A DNA stretch of 64,000 nucleotides from Octopus vulgaris. Lineage: Eukaryota. Position 1 is the first letter of the stretch, and every line of letters starts with the position of its first letter. A model generated the notes under the pieces. The model did not search any database. It was not told the DNA's origin and worked only from the letters and a program-made list of their open reading frames with translations. This document shows positions 10,782 to 25,216 of the stretch, piece after piece. A program made the position numbers and the translations under genes. The stretch covers positions 29,822,001 through 29,886,000 of the forward strand of contig OX597820.1 of assembly GCA_951406725.2 (NCBI GenBank), given 5' to 3'.

Positions 10782-11235
10782 AGGCGGCAAGCTAACAGAA
10801 TCGTTAGCACGCTCGACGAAATGCTTAGCGGTATTTCGTCCATCTTTACGCTCTGAGTTCAAATTCCACCAAGGTGGACTTTACTTTCATCCTTTTAGGA
10901 TCGATAAAATAAGTACCAGTTACGCACTGGAGTCGATGTAATCGACTAGCCCCCTTCCCTAAAGGTCCAGGTCTTGTGCTTATAGTAGAAAGGATTATTG
11001 TAATAATAATAAGAATTATTATTATTATCATTAACGTGCAATCATTGGTACGCCGGACAAAATGCTTAGCAACATTTCTTCCGGCTTTACGTTCTAGGTT
11101 CAAATTATCGCCGAGGTCGACTTTGCCTTACATCCTTTCGGAATCGATGAAATTAGTACCAGACGAGCACTAGGGTCGACTTGTCCCTTTTCTGTAAAAT
11201 GGTTGGCCTTGTGGGAAAATTAGAAAGTATTATTA
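10782..11235 (+). mobile_element. Two SINE family B2 copies with (ATT)n-type tail
   Basis: Family B head and core, ending ...gtcttgtgcttatagtagaaaggattatt. Confidence 0.8.
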
Positions 11236-11969
11236 ATACTATGTCAGTATTTGAGTACATACATGTGTGTATGTAATTATATGACTGTGTGCGTGCGCGT
11301 GTGTTTGCATTTATGAAATGCAAGTCTGTGTGTGTAAGCTTCAATGTGTCACTTTCACTCAAAATTGTGCATGCGCACATATGACCTACTTGTGTACGTC
11401 TGCTTGTAAATGCATATGAAAGTTTGTAGTTGAGTTTGTGAGTATGAACGAGTTTCTGTATGTAAACAAGCATTTTGGGAATATGTGTGCGCATGCGTAT
11501 GTATGCGAGCTTCCTGGAACAAAATCTGTAAAGATTTTGACAGAAATAATCTTTTATAGCAACCAACGATCTGAACTTCCATGGGATTTTTATAAAGGGA
11601 GATGTGTGTATGTTTATTTATGTATTCATATGTGTGTATATTCGTGTGTATATCTGTATGTTTAAGTGTATGGATATAACTATATGTATGTACGTATTGT
11701 ACATATGTACCTATGTGTATGTATATATGTATGTATGTATATTTGTATGTATATGTACATATATATGCATATTTGTATGCATATATGTTTATATATATTT
11801 ATATATGTATGCATGTATGTATGTATGTACACGTATGAATGTGTATATGTATGTACCTATGTATGCATTTATGTATCTGTATATTTATGTAACTATTTGT
11901 ATTTATGTGTCTATTTATCGACATATCAATCTATCTATATGTATATATATACATGTTTATATACACATA

Positions 11970-12078
<109 letters not shown>

Positions 12079-12822
12079 GCATGTGTATGTATTTATGTAT
12101 GTATGTATCCATGTGTATGCATATATGTATGTATGTGTGAGTATGTATGTATGTATGTATGTATGTATGTATGTACGGGATTTCGGTTTAAAGGATAAAA
12201 AAAATGTCACCAGACTTGGCACTTCGACTTTGAGTTGGTTCGAGCTTAATTCATAAGACGAGTGAACGTTTATGAAATATTAGTGAATTCCTGACTATAT
12301 ATATATGCGTTGAACTGTGTATATATGTATGTGCCTTTCCTCTAAACACTCGTTCATCTCCGTGCATGTACGTGCGTGAATGTATATATGTATGTATGTA
12401 TACATATATTTGAGTGTCTGTGTCTGTCTGTATGTATACATGGTATTACACATAGCATACCATGTTTCTAAACACGATTCTAAGCGTAGAATGACGACAC
12501 AGTTTAAAAATGTCTGCGTGTGCGTATATGTATTTGTGAGTGTTTAAATGTTTGGGTTTATCAGTGATGTATGTGTAACTCTATACGAATAAATGGTGCA
12601 ATATATATTTTCTCAGGAGAAAAGCACTACAGAGAATGTGACATAATTCTTAAGTGCCAATATATCACTCTATATACATATGTAAGTGCGGCGTATATTT
12701 ACGATTGTGTCCGGATGAGTGTCTGTTTACATGCGTGTATGTGCATGAGGATGTGAGTGTGTGCGGGCGCATTTATACATATATACTTATACGTTCCACT
12801 GTGTGTGCGTACGTGTGTGTTG

Positions 12823-12864
<42 letters not shown>

Positions 12865-13489
12865 CGTGTGTGTGTGTGTGTGTGTCTGCGTGTGTGGTTT
12901 TTGTCGCTCTCTGTCTACATGCGTATATGTGTGTGCGTATGTGTGTGTGTATGTATATGAACGTGTGTATATGCATGTATGCGTGTGTGTATGTGCTTGT
13001 ATTCATGTGTCTGTGTGCGTTGAACCCCGTACGTGTTCTTACATCTATCTCCTCTCTAAAGTTTGCGTGTGTCCGTATGTGTCTATGTCTGTTCGTATTT
13101 AAGTCTTTTCCTACTTTTAAGTATGTCTGTGTGTCTCAAAAAAGTCACTGCTGTATGTGTATTTACGCCTATGTGTTTCATTTAAGTCTATAAATGTGAG
13201 TGTGTGTGTGTGTGTGTGTGCGTGCGTGCGTGCGTGTGTGTGTACGTGAATACAAACGTGTATGCAATGGCGTAAACTTGTATTTGAAATGGTGCTTTTA
13301 TTACAATTTAAACCCAGATCAACCAAGATAAAGTCAGACAAGAAAACCACTGATCAAAGACAGTCAAAGCCATGAGTGTCAAATCCTGTCTTGTTTTCAA
13401 CCAGTCTTGTCCTTCCTGTTTCAAACCGCTAAGTATAATTTGGAGTAGACATGGAAGCCATTTTTAGCAAATTGAGAGATCATATAGAG

Positions 13490-14200
13490 CAGTAGTTCTC
13501 AACCTTTGCTGTTTTCTTCACGAATAGGAAATGTTTAGTAATCGTACTGCAAGAAAATGTTTCATTAATCTTTGCACCCCCTGCAAAAGCCAAATCACAT
13601 TGGAAGACAGATAATTAAATTTTCTAATTCATTTTATTAATTTATTTTGTTTAAAATCGAACCACAAAGATTCCTATAGTATAATAAAGTTCCTGGTGTA
13701 GTTAATTGAACAAAGTTACTTTTAAGAGTCAGTTAATAATTCTATGATGAAAAGCAATTTTATTACAAAAAGAAAAAGAAAACGTCACGGTGTGGAGTTT
13801 TGACCTGGTTGTCTTGAATCTCCGCGGCGTCTCAAAGTACCTTTAACTCAATGATTCGAGTATGTTATGAGCACACATCTTCTGAAAGTAGCAGTTGTTC
13901 TCTGTGGGCGATATACAACAGGGATTAGTGTATTCTCGTTCAAATCTACCGAAACGTATTCAGAATCTGTGAGTGTGAAACATTATTTCAATCAAGTTTA
14001 TATTTTACCCCTATTTGTCGCACTCACTAAAATGCGATCTCACACCACCAGGCACAGAGACTCTTAAGAGTTGAGTGTACGTATGGTGGAATATGCTAGT
14101 GCTTTTTCGGGAGAAGCCCAGAAAATTATAAGCTAATTCATATTATTTGTAAAATGGGCAAGAAATCGTATTTGAAGCCATTGATATCAACGTTGTTTTT
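13490..14200 (-). mobile_element. Ancient hAT (Charlie/Buster-like) 3' end
   Basis: CAGTAGTTCTCAACCT TIR-like motif at 13490; minus-strand WCEIAF**VRQIGVKYK resembles the hAT dimerisation motif CExxFS...K.KYR. Confidence 0.4.
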
Positions 14201-14334
14201 ACCTGAACTCAGTTATTGTCTTCTACCATAATTCCATTCACATCAGAGATACCAGCAGTCATTCATGAGCGAGTATGGCTCGGTAGCAGCTACCACGCTT
14301 TCTTTAATTCATTTAGGGAAAAGGGAAAAGCATA

Positions 14335-14579
14335 AAGTTACCTTTTCAAGTCATGCCGACTCATGGGGGCTGGTTTCTCAGTTTCATGGCATATAAATTC
14401 CCCGCCTGGACGGGACACCGGTCCATCGCAGGATTACTCATTTTTTCTAGTTGAGTGGACTGGAGTAACGTGAAATGACGTGCTTTGCTCAAGAACACAA
14501 CGCATCGCCCGGTCCAGAAATCGAAACTACAATCTTACGATCATTAGTCCAACACACTTACCACTAAGCTACGCGCCTC
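14335..14579 (-). mobile_element. CORE-like SINE family C
   Basis: Reverse complement of gaggcgcgtagcttagtggt...tgtgttcttgagcaaagcac...cctgcgatggaccggtgtcccgtccagg. Confidence 0.85.
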
Positions 14580-14651
14580 TACAATTCATTTAGGTGCTTA
14601 TAACGTTGCGAACAGACACCTTTTCGCTTCCCAGGGTGAAATAGCTTAAGG

Positions 14652-14701
<50 letters not shown>

Positions 14702-14730
14702 GAGTGAGAGAGAAAGAGAGACAGAGAAAA

Positions 14731-14764
<34 letters not shown>

Positions 14765-15646
14765 CAGCATCCAATAGGTTGTTACTCAAAAACAGAAGCT
14801 CAATGGATACAACGTGCTACTCTGTCCAAGAACTGAATCCACAACCTTATGTTCACGAGCCAAACATCACCACTTGGTCACGTGTCTTCACAATCAGAAA
14901 TGATCGAGCCTAGTATTTGTTTGATACTTTTATTTATCGACAAAAAGAAGGATGAAAAGCAAAGCTAACTTCGGCAAGATTCGAACTCAGAACATAATTG
15001 CCCATAACTAGAGGCATATATTGTTGGTATGTTTTCTGCCATACCGCTTAGTCAGCCCATGACCTTTTGTTGTTTCCAAAGCCTTCAGGATTTGCTGGAT
15101 GAAGGGAGAAGTTGTGCTCGAAAGAGTAAGTTAAACTTAGCCTTGATACTTACATCAGAGTATACATGGTAAATGGTACGTAAGGACCAGGCGATAGCGT
15201 TAAAGCAGAGCAGGGGATCAAGTCTACAACATACACCCACCAAAGGTTGTTAATTTCCTTTATAGCTATTCTGTTCATGCAGTAATGCTATGATATCCTC
15301 AGGTCATAATTAGTTTTCAAACCTAATGATACACACTCAAAAACAAAGATTAAACTTCGTTGAAGCGGCCTAACGTTTGTGTGTTTGTGAATAATATTAA
15401 CGCCAGAATGAAGGCAGCGAGCTGGCAGAATTATTAGCACGCCGGGACGAAATGCTTAGCGGCAAAGTAAATACCAGTTAAGCACTGGGGAAGATATAAT
15501 CAACTTAACTCTTGCTCCGAAATTTCAAGCCTTGTGTCTGTAGTAGAAAGGAATATTTATGACAAAGTTAGGCGGCGAGCTGGCAGAATCGTTAGTACGT
15601 CGGGAAAAATGCTTAGCAGCATTTCGTCCATCTTTGCGTTCTGAGT

Positions 15647-15980
15647 GAAGGCGCATGGCTCAGTGGTTAGAGCGTCGAGCTTACGGTCGTGAGGTTGTGA
15701 GTTCGAATCTCAGACCGGGCTGCGTGTGGTGTTCTTGAGCAAGACACTTTATTTCACGTTGCTCCAGTTCACTCAGCTGTAGAAATGAGTTGCGACATCA
15801 CAGGTGCCAAGCTGTAACTACCTTTGCCTTTCCCTTGGATAACACTGGTGGCGTGGAGAGGGGAGTCTGGTATGCATTGGCGACTGCTGGTCTTCCATAA
15901 ACAACCTTGCCTGGACTTGTGCCTGGGAGGGTTACTTTCTAGGTGCAATCCCACGGTCAGTCATGACCGAAGGGGGTCTC
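15647..15980 (+). mobile_element. CORE-like SINE nested in a family B SINE (15570-16070)
   Basis: tRNA head gaaggcgcatggctcagtggttagagc...gagttcgaatc interrupts the B copy after ttctgagt; B sequence resumes at taagtaccac. Confidence 0.8.
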
Positions 15981-16207
15981 AAAAGTAAGTACCACTTGAG
16001 TAACGTGGTCGATATAATCGACATACTCCTTCCTCCGATATTTCTGACCTTGTGCTAAAAGTCGAAACCTATATTCATGCTAGAGTAGGATGCAGCACAC
16101 CAGTATGGAAGCACATTACTGTAGTAGCATATAAGTATGGTAGCACATCGTGTAGCAACAACCATCAAACGCCATCAAGAATTTTTTGTCTACGCTAAAG
16201 ATTCTAG

Positions 16208-16515
16208 CGTGGATGCACATGGCCTAGTGGTTAGAGCAGCGGACTCGCAGTCGAGGGATCGAGGGTTCGAATCTCAGACCGGGCGATGTGTGTGTTTATG
16301 AGCGAAGCACCTAAGCTCCATGCGGCTCTGGCAGAAGGCAATGGCGAACTTCTGCTGATTCTTTCGCCACAACTTTCTAACACTCTTTCCTCCTGCATCT
16401 TGTAGTTCACTTGCAACGGACCGGCGTCCCGTCCAGGTGGGGAACCTATACGCCAAGGAAACCGGGAAACCGGCCCTTATATGAGCTAGGTGTGACTCGA
16501 GAAGGAACAAAAAAA
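16208..16515 (+). mobile_element. tRNA-Arg-like SINE with 9-bp TSD
   Basis: tggcctagtggttagagcagcggacTCGcagtc...ggttcgaatc head; A-rich tail; AAAGATTCT at 16197-16205 and 16516-16524. Confidence 0.85.
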
Positions 16516-16539
16516 AAAGATTCTGGTATCAAAGAAACC

Positions 16540-16900
16540 TATAATTAAAGGTATTCCATCTGCAATCAACCTGTCTCTTCGACATATCTTTGACGAACGA
16601 CATCAACGTCTTAGAACGGTGAGGTGTGATTTGGGAGAGACTGGGCTGCTATTTCAAGAGGATCGGTATGTAAAGGTTCGATTATTGATTGATGTTGTTT
16701 AGCTCCAGGTCAGCCTTGATCATTCAGATCATCAAAAACTTTCTAGCCATGACCATCCCATCATTTTTTCAGTCTGTCAAGGACAATAGGTGCAATATGG
16801 CACGTGACCGCGGTTGCGTCCATGTTGAGTATTGATTTAAGGGCGATTTGGCTGTTATGTCTAGTACCTGCCTGACCATATACAGACTTCCTCAATGGCC
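16540..16900 (+). repeat. Old dispersed repeat family D (also about 26590-26900, 30770-31125, 38170-38260, 38480-38600, 61410-61490)
   Basis: Recurrent gttgtttagc.ccaggtcag, tt.cagccatgaccatccc and gatttgagggagatttggctgctatttctag motifs; class unknown. Confidence 0.65.
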
Positions 16901-17042
16901 GATTTATGTTAATGTTTTGGCAGGGGTGGGGTGTTCGGTAGGATTGCAGCTATTTAGTTATGGTGGTGACGTAGACTTAATTAGGTAAGATCCCAGTTTC
17001 CGGTGCCACAATTTCCGACAGTCGGTTTCCATTCCCGGAAAT

Positions 17043-17074
<32 letters not shown>

Positions 17075-17151
17075 TGTATGTATGTATGTATGTGTATGTA
17101 TGTGTATGTATGTATGTATGTATGTATGTATATATATGTGTGTGTATGCAT

Positions 17152-17199
<48 letters not shown>

Positions 17200-17312
17200 A
17201 CACACACACATATATACATACATAGACATATATATAAATACATATATACATACATATGTGTGTGGGTGTATGTATGTATGTATACACACACAGAGACACA
17301 CATATATATACA

Positions 17313-17344
<32 letters not shown>

Positions 17345-17714
17345 CATAATATTATATACGTATGTATATATGCATAAATATATGAGTGTGTGCATGCTCG
17401 TGTGTATGTGTGTGTGTGTACTGATACATACGTATATACATACATACATACATACATATGCGTATATATATATATATATACACATATATACATATGTATA
17501 TATTGATAATTTCCGGGATTGGAAATCAATTCCCGGAAATTATATACATACATATATATACATATACAAATCTGTGCGTACGTGTGTGTGTGAGTGTGTG
17601 AGTGTGTGTGAGTGTGTGAGTGTGTGTGTGTGAGTGTGTGAGTGTGTGTGTGTATGTATATAAATATATGTATATACACATACTCATGTACATATGTACA
17701 TGTATGTATGTATG

Positions 17715-17813
<99 letters not shown>

Positions 17814-18326
17814 TTGTAGAAAACGAAAAAATAGTTTCACCATTCCGTTTCTTTTTACATTTGCAAGAGTTTCAGCTTAACAATAATACTTTGTTGGGTG
17901 GATAAAATCGTAAATTCATGTACGTATGATATTTTCAGTGAGAAATATTTTTGCAAAACTGTTGTATGTGGGGCTTACTACACTTTTGAAAAATGCTAAA
18001 CTGTTGTTCTACATTTTGACAATTTTCATCTGAAGCAGCTGGAGATACGATAGTTTGACCAAAAGAACTGGGTATTGCAAACAAAATTAAATATTGAAAA
18101 AAAAAAAAACGCATTTGGCCAAATTTGGACATATGACAGTTTAACATAATAGCAACGATATATATATATATATATATTTTTCAACCCTATTATCTCCCCT
18201 TATTTCGCTCTCGCGTCTCATGTTTGATCTTTGACCTCTGGCCGAAATCAGATCGCCATGTTGATTCGTTAGCTACTGCACGCATTTTTTTCTCTCCTTC
18301 TTTCTGTGTTTTTCTCTCTCTGTGTA

Positions 18327-18364
18327 TCTTTCTGTTGAAGAGCGTAGGCTCGAAACGTTAAAGA
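18327..18364 (+). ncRNA. 38-nt hammerhead-like motif, CUGUUGA core, in a (TA)n-flanked element (18178-18463)
   Basis: TCTTT-CTGTTGA-A-GAGC-gtag-GCTC-GAAA-CG-TT-AAAGA: perfect stems I and II, AACGTT palindrome. Confidence 0.6.
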
Positions 18365-18857
18365 CTTGTTTTATTTATATTTCCTGAGCGCCATACTAAT
18401 ACAATTGTTCGTTTGTTTTCCACCTGCCTTCGTCTTTTGTTTATTTTCATAAAGCTTCCCGTTATATATATATATATATATATTCTGTAACAAAAATTTG
18501 GATTAAGTCTCTTGGCTGTAGCTATGCCATGAGTCGTAGTTTCTGGCGCTTTTTCTGCACCAATCTTAGACGCCCTGCGAAAAGGTCAAATTCAACTTTT
18601 TTATGGACATATATTTCCCCTAGAAATGTTTTCCCATATGAAATCTTGCAAGGTATATTCGATACCCTTAAATTTACACCTTTGTAATTTAGCTGCCAAT
18701 CACTGGAATTGCTCCACTTCTGCTCGGAAAGAGAGAGACCACTCAAAAGATAGCACCACTGTATGATAAACACAAATCTTGTCACACCTTCCAAGTAAAT
18801 AAATTGCATAGTATCCACAACGAAAAGATTTAAATCAAGAAGACTCTTTCTATATAT

Positions 18858-19088
18858 ATTTCTTTATTGCCCACAAGGGGCTGAACACAGAGAGGACAAA
18901 CATGGACAGAAAAACGGATTAAGTCGTTTATATCGACCCCAGTGTGTAACTGGTACTTATTTAATCGACCTCGAAAGGATGAAAAGCAAAGTCGACCTCG
19001 GCGGAATTTGAACTCAGAACGTAACGGCAGACGGAATACCGCTAAACATTTCGCCCGGCGTGCTAACGATTCTGCCCGCTCGCCGCCT
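18858..19088 (-). mobile_element. SINE family B, full length
   Basis: Reverse complement of 5537-5765. Confidence 0.9.
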
Positions 19089-19599
19089 TAGTCTCTTTCT
19101 TTTTTACACGAGTAGCTGAAGATTTCACCATTAAGGAAAGAGAAAGGAAATGAGAAGCGAATGCGTGAAGCAGGTGAAGGGAAGAAATGAAATGAGAATA
19201 AAAAATGTGTGCTGCATTAAGAAGTGGTATAGAAGTAAAAGACAAATACGAGGTTCAAATATGAAACGTTCCTTCCTTTTATATCCGTATACTTCTCTCA
19301 CTTCTGTTTCCTCCTTCCCTTCAATCTCATCTTCTCTAGCTTCTCCAGGTCCTCTTCCTCGTCTCATTTTTTCCCTCCTCCTTCTCTCACTAAGATTCTC
19401 CCTCCTACTACTTTTTGTCCACGCATGACACTCATGTAGTTTTGGAATCTCCATCAATTGCAGTCGGCTTCTCAAGCACAGAGGACAAAAAACTCTGTTG
19501 TCTTTCTTTTAATTTTTAAACCGGTTAGATTCTCCTTGAAGAAGAACTCTGTCCGAACCGTTGGATATTCCACTCCCAACAACAATTACACTGTTCTTG

Positions 19600-21420
19600 A
19601 TTTTTACACCACAATACACACACACAGATTACACTTATAGCACAACACACTACACTTAAGCCACAACATACATATTACACTTACAACAAACAAACACACA
19701 CAACAGTTACACCACAACACACACACTCTCACACACTCACACACACACACACACTATACTTAAACTACAACAAAATATTACACTTACAATAAACAAACAC
19801 ACACAACACTTACACCACAACACACACATTACACTTATACCACCAGAACATAATACACACTACATTTACAGCACAACACACACACACACACTCACGCACA
19901 CACACGCACGCATATATACATACACTACATTTACAGCATAACACACGCACATACACACACACCACGTCATAAAGCACACACACAGCACCTTACACCACCA
20001 CTCAGTTTTCGCATTCTCACTACATATTACACTGGCACTCAAACACTCACATGCGTTACAATATACACAACATACCACACAAACCAAACACATGAACACC
20101 ACTACACACCGCTACACAATTGGACACACAGACACACACACACACATGCACACACACACGCACGCACGCACGCACGCAGTACTACATCAACACCCCCGCT
20201 ATATCACACAACACACCACTGCATATGTTACAATGCACACACAATTGCTCGCACCCCACTACACGCACTACTACCCAAACACACACACACATCACAGCAC
20301 ACACACACACAGACAGACATACATACACATTACAACACACGAGCCCACACATCACAACACACTGCCTAACACCATCCCCCTTTCACCCTCGCTACACCTT
20401 CCTCCTTCCTCCTCCCTACAGCTCACACATCTGGAATACATGAAATTCCATTCAGAAATAATTCAACCGACATATTTGTTCTACATATTTGACATATCAC
20501 AACTACAATACAGATTGCACGAAATAAAGCTTCCATTTTTTTTTTCTTTTGCTACCTATGAACTTTTGCTCTCCCCTTCTCTCTCTCACCTTTCTCTCTA
20601 TCACCCTTTGCCTCTCTCTCTCCTCTCTCTCTCCTCTCTCTCTCCTCTCTCTTTCCCCCAACAAACTTTCGTCTGCTCTCCCTTCTCCTTTTCTCCTTTC
20701 TCTCTGTCACTTCCTCGCTCACTATTTCTTTTCCCGATTCATAAACTTTTATAAACTTTCTCCCTTATCCTTCTCCTGTCTTTTTATCAACCGCCCCTCA
20801 ATTTCTCCCGTTTTCTTTCTCCCTATAAATTTCCTTCATCTCTTTCACTACTCTCTCTCTCTCTGGTTCTCCTTTTCCTCTTATAAACTCTCTCCTACTC
20901 TCCTTTTCCCCCGTTCTCTCTCTAATCCCCTTCCCTCTATCACTTTTTTCCAATAAATTTTCTTCATCTTTCCCTGGTCTCCTTCCTTTCTCTCTATCAA
21001 CTTTAGTCGCTTTTTCTTCTATCTTTAAACTTTCTTCTCTCCTTTCTCTCTAAGACCACTTTTCTCCCTCCTCTCCGTTCTCGCTCTGTCTTTCGTTTCC
21101 TACCTATAAACTTTCTTCTTCTTCTTCTTTTTCTTCTTCTTCTTCTTCTTCTTCTTCTTCTTCTTCTTCTTCTTCTTCTTCTTCTTCTTCTTCTCCTCCT
21201 CTTCTTCTTCTCCTCCTCCTCCTTTTTCTTCCTCATCTTCCTCCTACACCTCCTTCATTCTTCTCTCCTTATTCTTCTTTTTATTCCTCCTTCTTCATCT
21301 GCTTCTCTCCTTTCATTTCTCTCTCTCTTTTCCCTACACCTCTTTTCTCATTTCTCCATCCCACTCTCTCTCTCAGTTCTATCTCTTCCTCTCTCTTACT
21401 TCTCTACCCCTCCCCATCAT
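19600..21420. repeat. Degenerate (CA)-rich tract followed by (CT)/(CTT) polypyrimidine tract
   Basis: Direct inspection. Confidence 0.9.
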
Positions 21421-22082
21421 ATTTTTTATATTTCTCTCATTTTTTTATTGCTCTTTTCATCTCTATCATTTCTGATTAGTTATTTCCCCACTATCCTTTT
21501 ATTTTCTACTCGATGTAAAACAACATCGAACTTGTCTTTAATGTCCCTCACACATAGTCCTTGTGGCAAATAAAGAACCGATAATTATGCATTAGTAGAA
21601 TACTTAGAGTATAGCTTCTGGGCTCAAATTCCGCCGAGGTCGACTTTGTCTTTCATCCATTCGTGGTCGATAAATTAAGTACCAGTTGCGTACTGGGGTT
21701 GATCTAATCGACTGGCCTCTTCCCCAAAATAGTTCGGGGCTTGTGCCTAGAGTAAAAAGGGAAACAAAAATGGATAATTAAAGTAGCAGACATATACTAG
21801 AGTCGCGGGTATGACTAACCCCTATCCAGTTATTCAATCTTTGTTCTTTAATAGGGCACAAGGCCCGAAACCCTGAAGACACAAGATGAGCAGAATCATT
21901 GGAAAGTCTTGTAATATTCGTTCCAGCTCTTTCACTTTCGAAGTCCGAATCCCACCGATGTCATCTTCACCTTCCGTTCTTCAAGGGTCAAAAAAATAAA
22001 GTAACAAACGACTACTAGAGTCAAATTAATCATCTGACCCCTTCCACTCAAATTTCAGGCTCTGTACCTATATCGGAAAACG

Positions 22083-22144
<62 letters not shown>

Positions 22145-22199
22145 GTTGTTGTTGCTATTATTATTTCAGGCCTTATGTCTATAGTAGAAAGAATTATTA

Positions 22200-22620
22200 A
22201 TACCCATCATGACTACCCGTCTGATAAGGGTACACCAGGCACATGCATCACAACCATATGTGCACGACATGGTGATCTCATAACAAGATAAACAGCGCAT
22301 GACCTTGCGGGTGGGCCCAGTTAGAATTTTCTTCTGGTTGGGTAACCCATCCCACTCAAAAGGTCCCTGATTAAGGGTTGTTTAAAGATGTTGAATGAAA
22401 CACCCATGTTTCCAGAGGTGAATCATTCAAACCCCAAAGAATCCCTCTCAACACATGGCTATGATGCTCCCCCACTACTTCTACTCGTGATCAGAGATGC
22501 ACATATCGTCAGCCACTAAGGGACATGCTCAACTGGTTACGGTCAAACAACTGACAAGCAAATCTGTGGTATTGAGCAGAATATTTGCTGTAGCCCATCT
22601 TTTATACCAAGACAAAACAA
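22200..22620. mobile_element. (ATT)n-associated ~560-bp element, truncated copy
   Basis: Near-identical to 32620-33043. Confidence 0.85.
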
Positions 22621-22629
22621 TTATTATTA

Positions 22630-22695
<66 letters not shown>

Positions 22696-22721
22696 CATTA
22701 TTATTATTATAATTATTATTT

Positions 22722-23244
22722 AGCGAAAAAGCGAGCAATACATGCCATCAAAGTGATACTGGAGTACAAATATATGAAGCCCGATATACCCATCATAATA
22801 ACCTATTTGATAAGGGTACAGCAGGCACATGCATCACAACCATATGAACGCTACATGGTGATTCCATATCATGATGAACAGCGCATGACCTCGCAGGTGG
22901 GACCTAGTTAGAATTTTCTTCCGCTCAAAAGGTCTCTGAAAAAGAGCTGTTTCAGGATGATGAATGAAACACACATGTTTCCAGGGACGAATTATTCAAA
23001 GCTCAAAGAATTCCTCTCAACGCATAACTATTTCTACTTGTGATCAAAGATGTACATATCGTCAGCCACTAAGGGACATGCTCAACTGGTTTATGTCAAG
23101 CAAATGGCAAGCAAATCTGTGGTGTTAAGCAGAATATTTGTTGTAGCCCATCTTTTACACCAAAATAAAACATGTACATGATAACACTTCCAATCAGTTA
23201 TGACCAGAAGCCATGGCGGTCACTGTCTGATATTACATCAGGGC
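22722..23244. mobile_element. (ATT)n-associated ~560-bp element, diverged copy
   Basis: Colinear with 32561-33119; starts right after (ATT)n. Confidence 0.85.
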
Positions 23245-23249
23245 GCGGC

Positions 23250-23503
23250 ATATCGTCCGACTTTACGTTCTGAGTTCAAATTCCGCCGAGGTCAACTTTG
23301 CCTTTCATCCTTTCAGGGTCGATGAATTAAGTACCAGATACGCATTGAGGTTGATGTAATCGACTATCTCCCACCCATAAATTTCAGGCCTCGTGCCTAT
23401 AGTAAAAAATCTTCTTCTTCTTCTTCTTCTTCTTCTTCTTCTTCTTCTTCTTCTTCTTCTTCTTCTTCTTCTTTCTTTCTTTCTTTTCTTTCTTTTCTTC
23501 TTT

Positions 23504-23547
<44 letters not shown>

Positions 23548-23574
23548 TTCTTTCTTTTCTTCTTCCTCTTGTTG

Positions 23575-23650
<76 letters not shown>

Positions 23651-24110
23651 CAAGGCGGTGTACTGGCAGAGCCGTTACCGCGCCGGACAAAATGCTCAGT
23701 GGCATTTCGTTTGTCTTAACGTTCTGAGTTCAGATTCTGCCGAAGTCGACTTTGTCTTTCATCATTTCCGAATGAAATAAGTACCAGTCGAGCACTGGGG
23801 TCGACTTGGCCCCTTCCCCACAAATTTCAGGCTTTGTGCCTATAGTAGAAGGGATTATTATTATTATAATTATTGGTGTTATGGTGGCGAGCTGGTAGAA
23901 TCGTTAGAACGCCGGACAAAATGCTTAGCAGTAAATTCGTTATGTTCTGAGTTCAAATTCCGCCGAGGTCAACTTTGCCTTTCATCCTTTCGGGGTCGAT
24001 AAATTAAGTTCCAGTTACGCACTGGAGTCGATGTAATCGACTTAAACCCTTTGTCTGTCCTTGTTTGTCCCCTCTATGTTTAGCCCCTTGTGGGTAATAA
24101 AGAAATAAGA
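23250..24110 (+). mobile_element. Cluster of three SINE B/B2 copies separated by (CTT)n/(ATT)n
   Basis: Copies at about 23250-23405, 23653-23860 and 23883-24110. Confidence 0.85.
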
Positions 24111-24631
24111 ATCATCGAGGAAAATGTCTAACCGCATTCCTTCTGGCTCTTAAATGCCAATGAAATTCTAGAGTCACTACCCTCAAAATTTCCAGTGTCA
24201 TGCCTTAATTATCTTAGTCCCTTTTCTTTTTTTTTTTTTACACTGTAATTATTAATTAACCAGAATCTTACTAGTTATGAGACAGGAAACTTCGGAAGTA
24301 TACTTTTACCACTTCGGATGATGTCAGGAAATATGATATACATTGCAATAATTATAATTTAACTTTTATCGAATTTCTTGGTTGTTAGACAAAATAACGA
24401 AATTAATACTAATTTCCAACCGAAAAAAAAATATTGCCTTAAAATAAAATTAATTAAAAGAAAATTCTCATTCATATGATTCCTCTCGTAACCACGCTAT
24501 CATTTACTACCTCTCCTCTTCCTACCGCCACGAAGCCTCTGTATCTTTGTTTCTCTCTTCTTCCTACTGCTCTCAAGCTTGCGCCTGTATTGTTGACTTT
24601 CTCCGTGTCTTTCTTTTATATCGTCTCATCC

Positions 24632-25026
24632 GTGGAGGCGCAATGGCCCAGTGGTTAGGGCAGCGGACTCGCGGTCGTAGGATCGCGGTTTCGATTCCCA
24701 GACCGGGCGTTGTGAGTGTTTATTGAACGAAAACACCTAAAAGCTCCACGAGGCTCCGGTAGGGGATGGTGGTGATCCCTGCTGTACTCTTTCACCACAA
24801 CTTTCTCTCTCACTCTTACTTCCTGTTTCTGTTGTACCTGTATTTCAAGGGGCCGGCCTTGTCACTCTCTGTGTCACGCTGAATATCCCCGAGAACTACG
24901 TTAAGGGTGCACGTGTCTGTGGAATGCTCAGCCACTTACACGTTAATTTCACGAGCAGGCTGTTCCGTTGATTCGGATCAACCGGAACCCTCATCGTCGT
25001 TACCGACGGAGTGCTTCCATCCATCC
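24632..25026 (+). mobile_element. tRNA-Arg-like SINE with 12-bp TSD
   Basis: Head tggcccagtggttagggcagcggacTCGcggtc...gtttcgattcc; (CCAT)n tail; ATCGTCTCATCC at 24620-24631 and 25027-25038. Confidence 0.9.
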
Positions 25027-25216
25027 ATCGTCTCATCCTTTCTCTGTACGAGAGAGGAAAAATCTATTAACCAATCAACCAACAATCCACGTTTGTATCG
25101 GCTTTTACTATATAGAATTACTTTAATTGTGAAAACACGTTGTTTTAGTGAATTACAAATTTGTTTTATCAAACAAAATATCTGCCGGAAAATATTTATT
25201 GTGTGTGGTAGAGAGA

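Noticed and set aside
16208-16285. tRNA-Arg(TCG)-like sequence, also 24632-24705
   Set aside because: No proper acceptor stem; it continues into a SINE body with tail and TSD, so it is a SINE head.
17810-18160. TA-flanked segment with TCGTTG/CAACGA inverted ends
   Set aside because: Only 6 bp of inverted repeat beyond the TA tract; too short to call a MITE.
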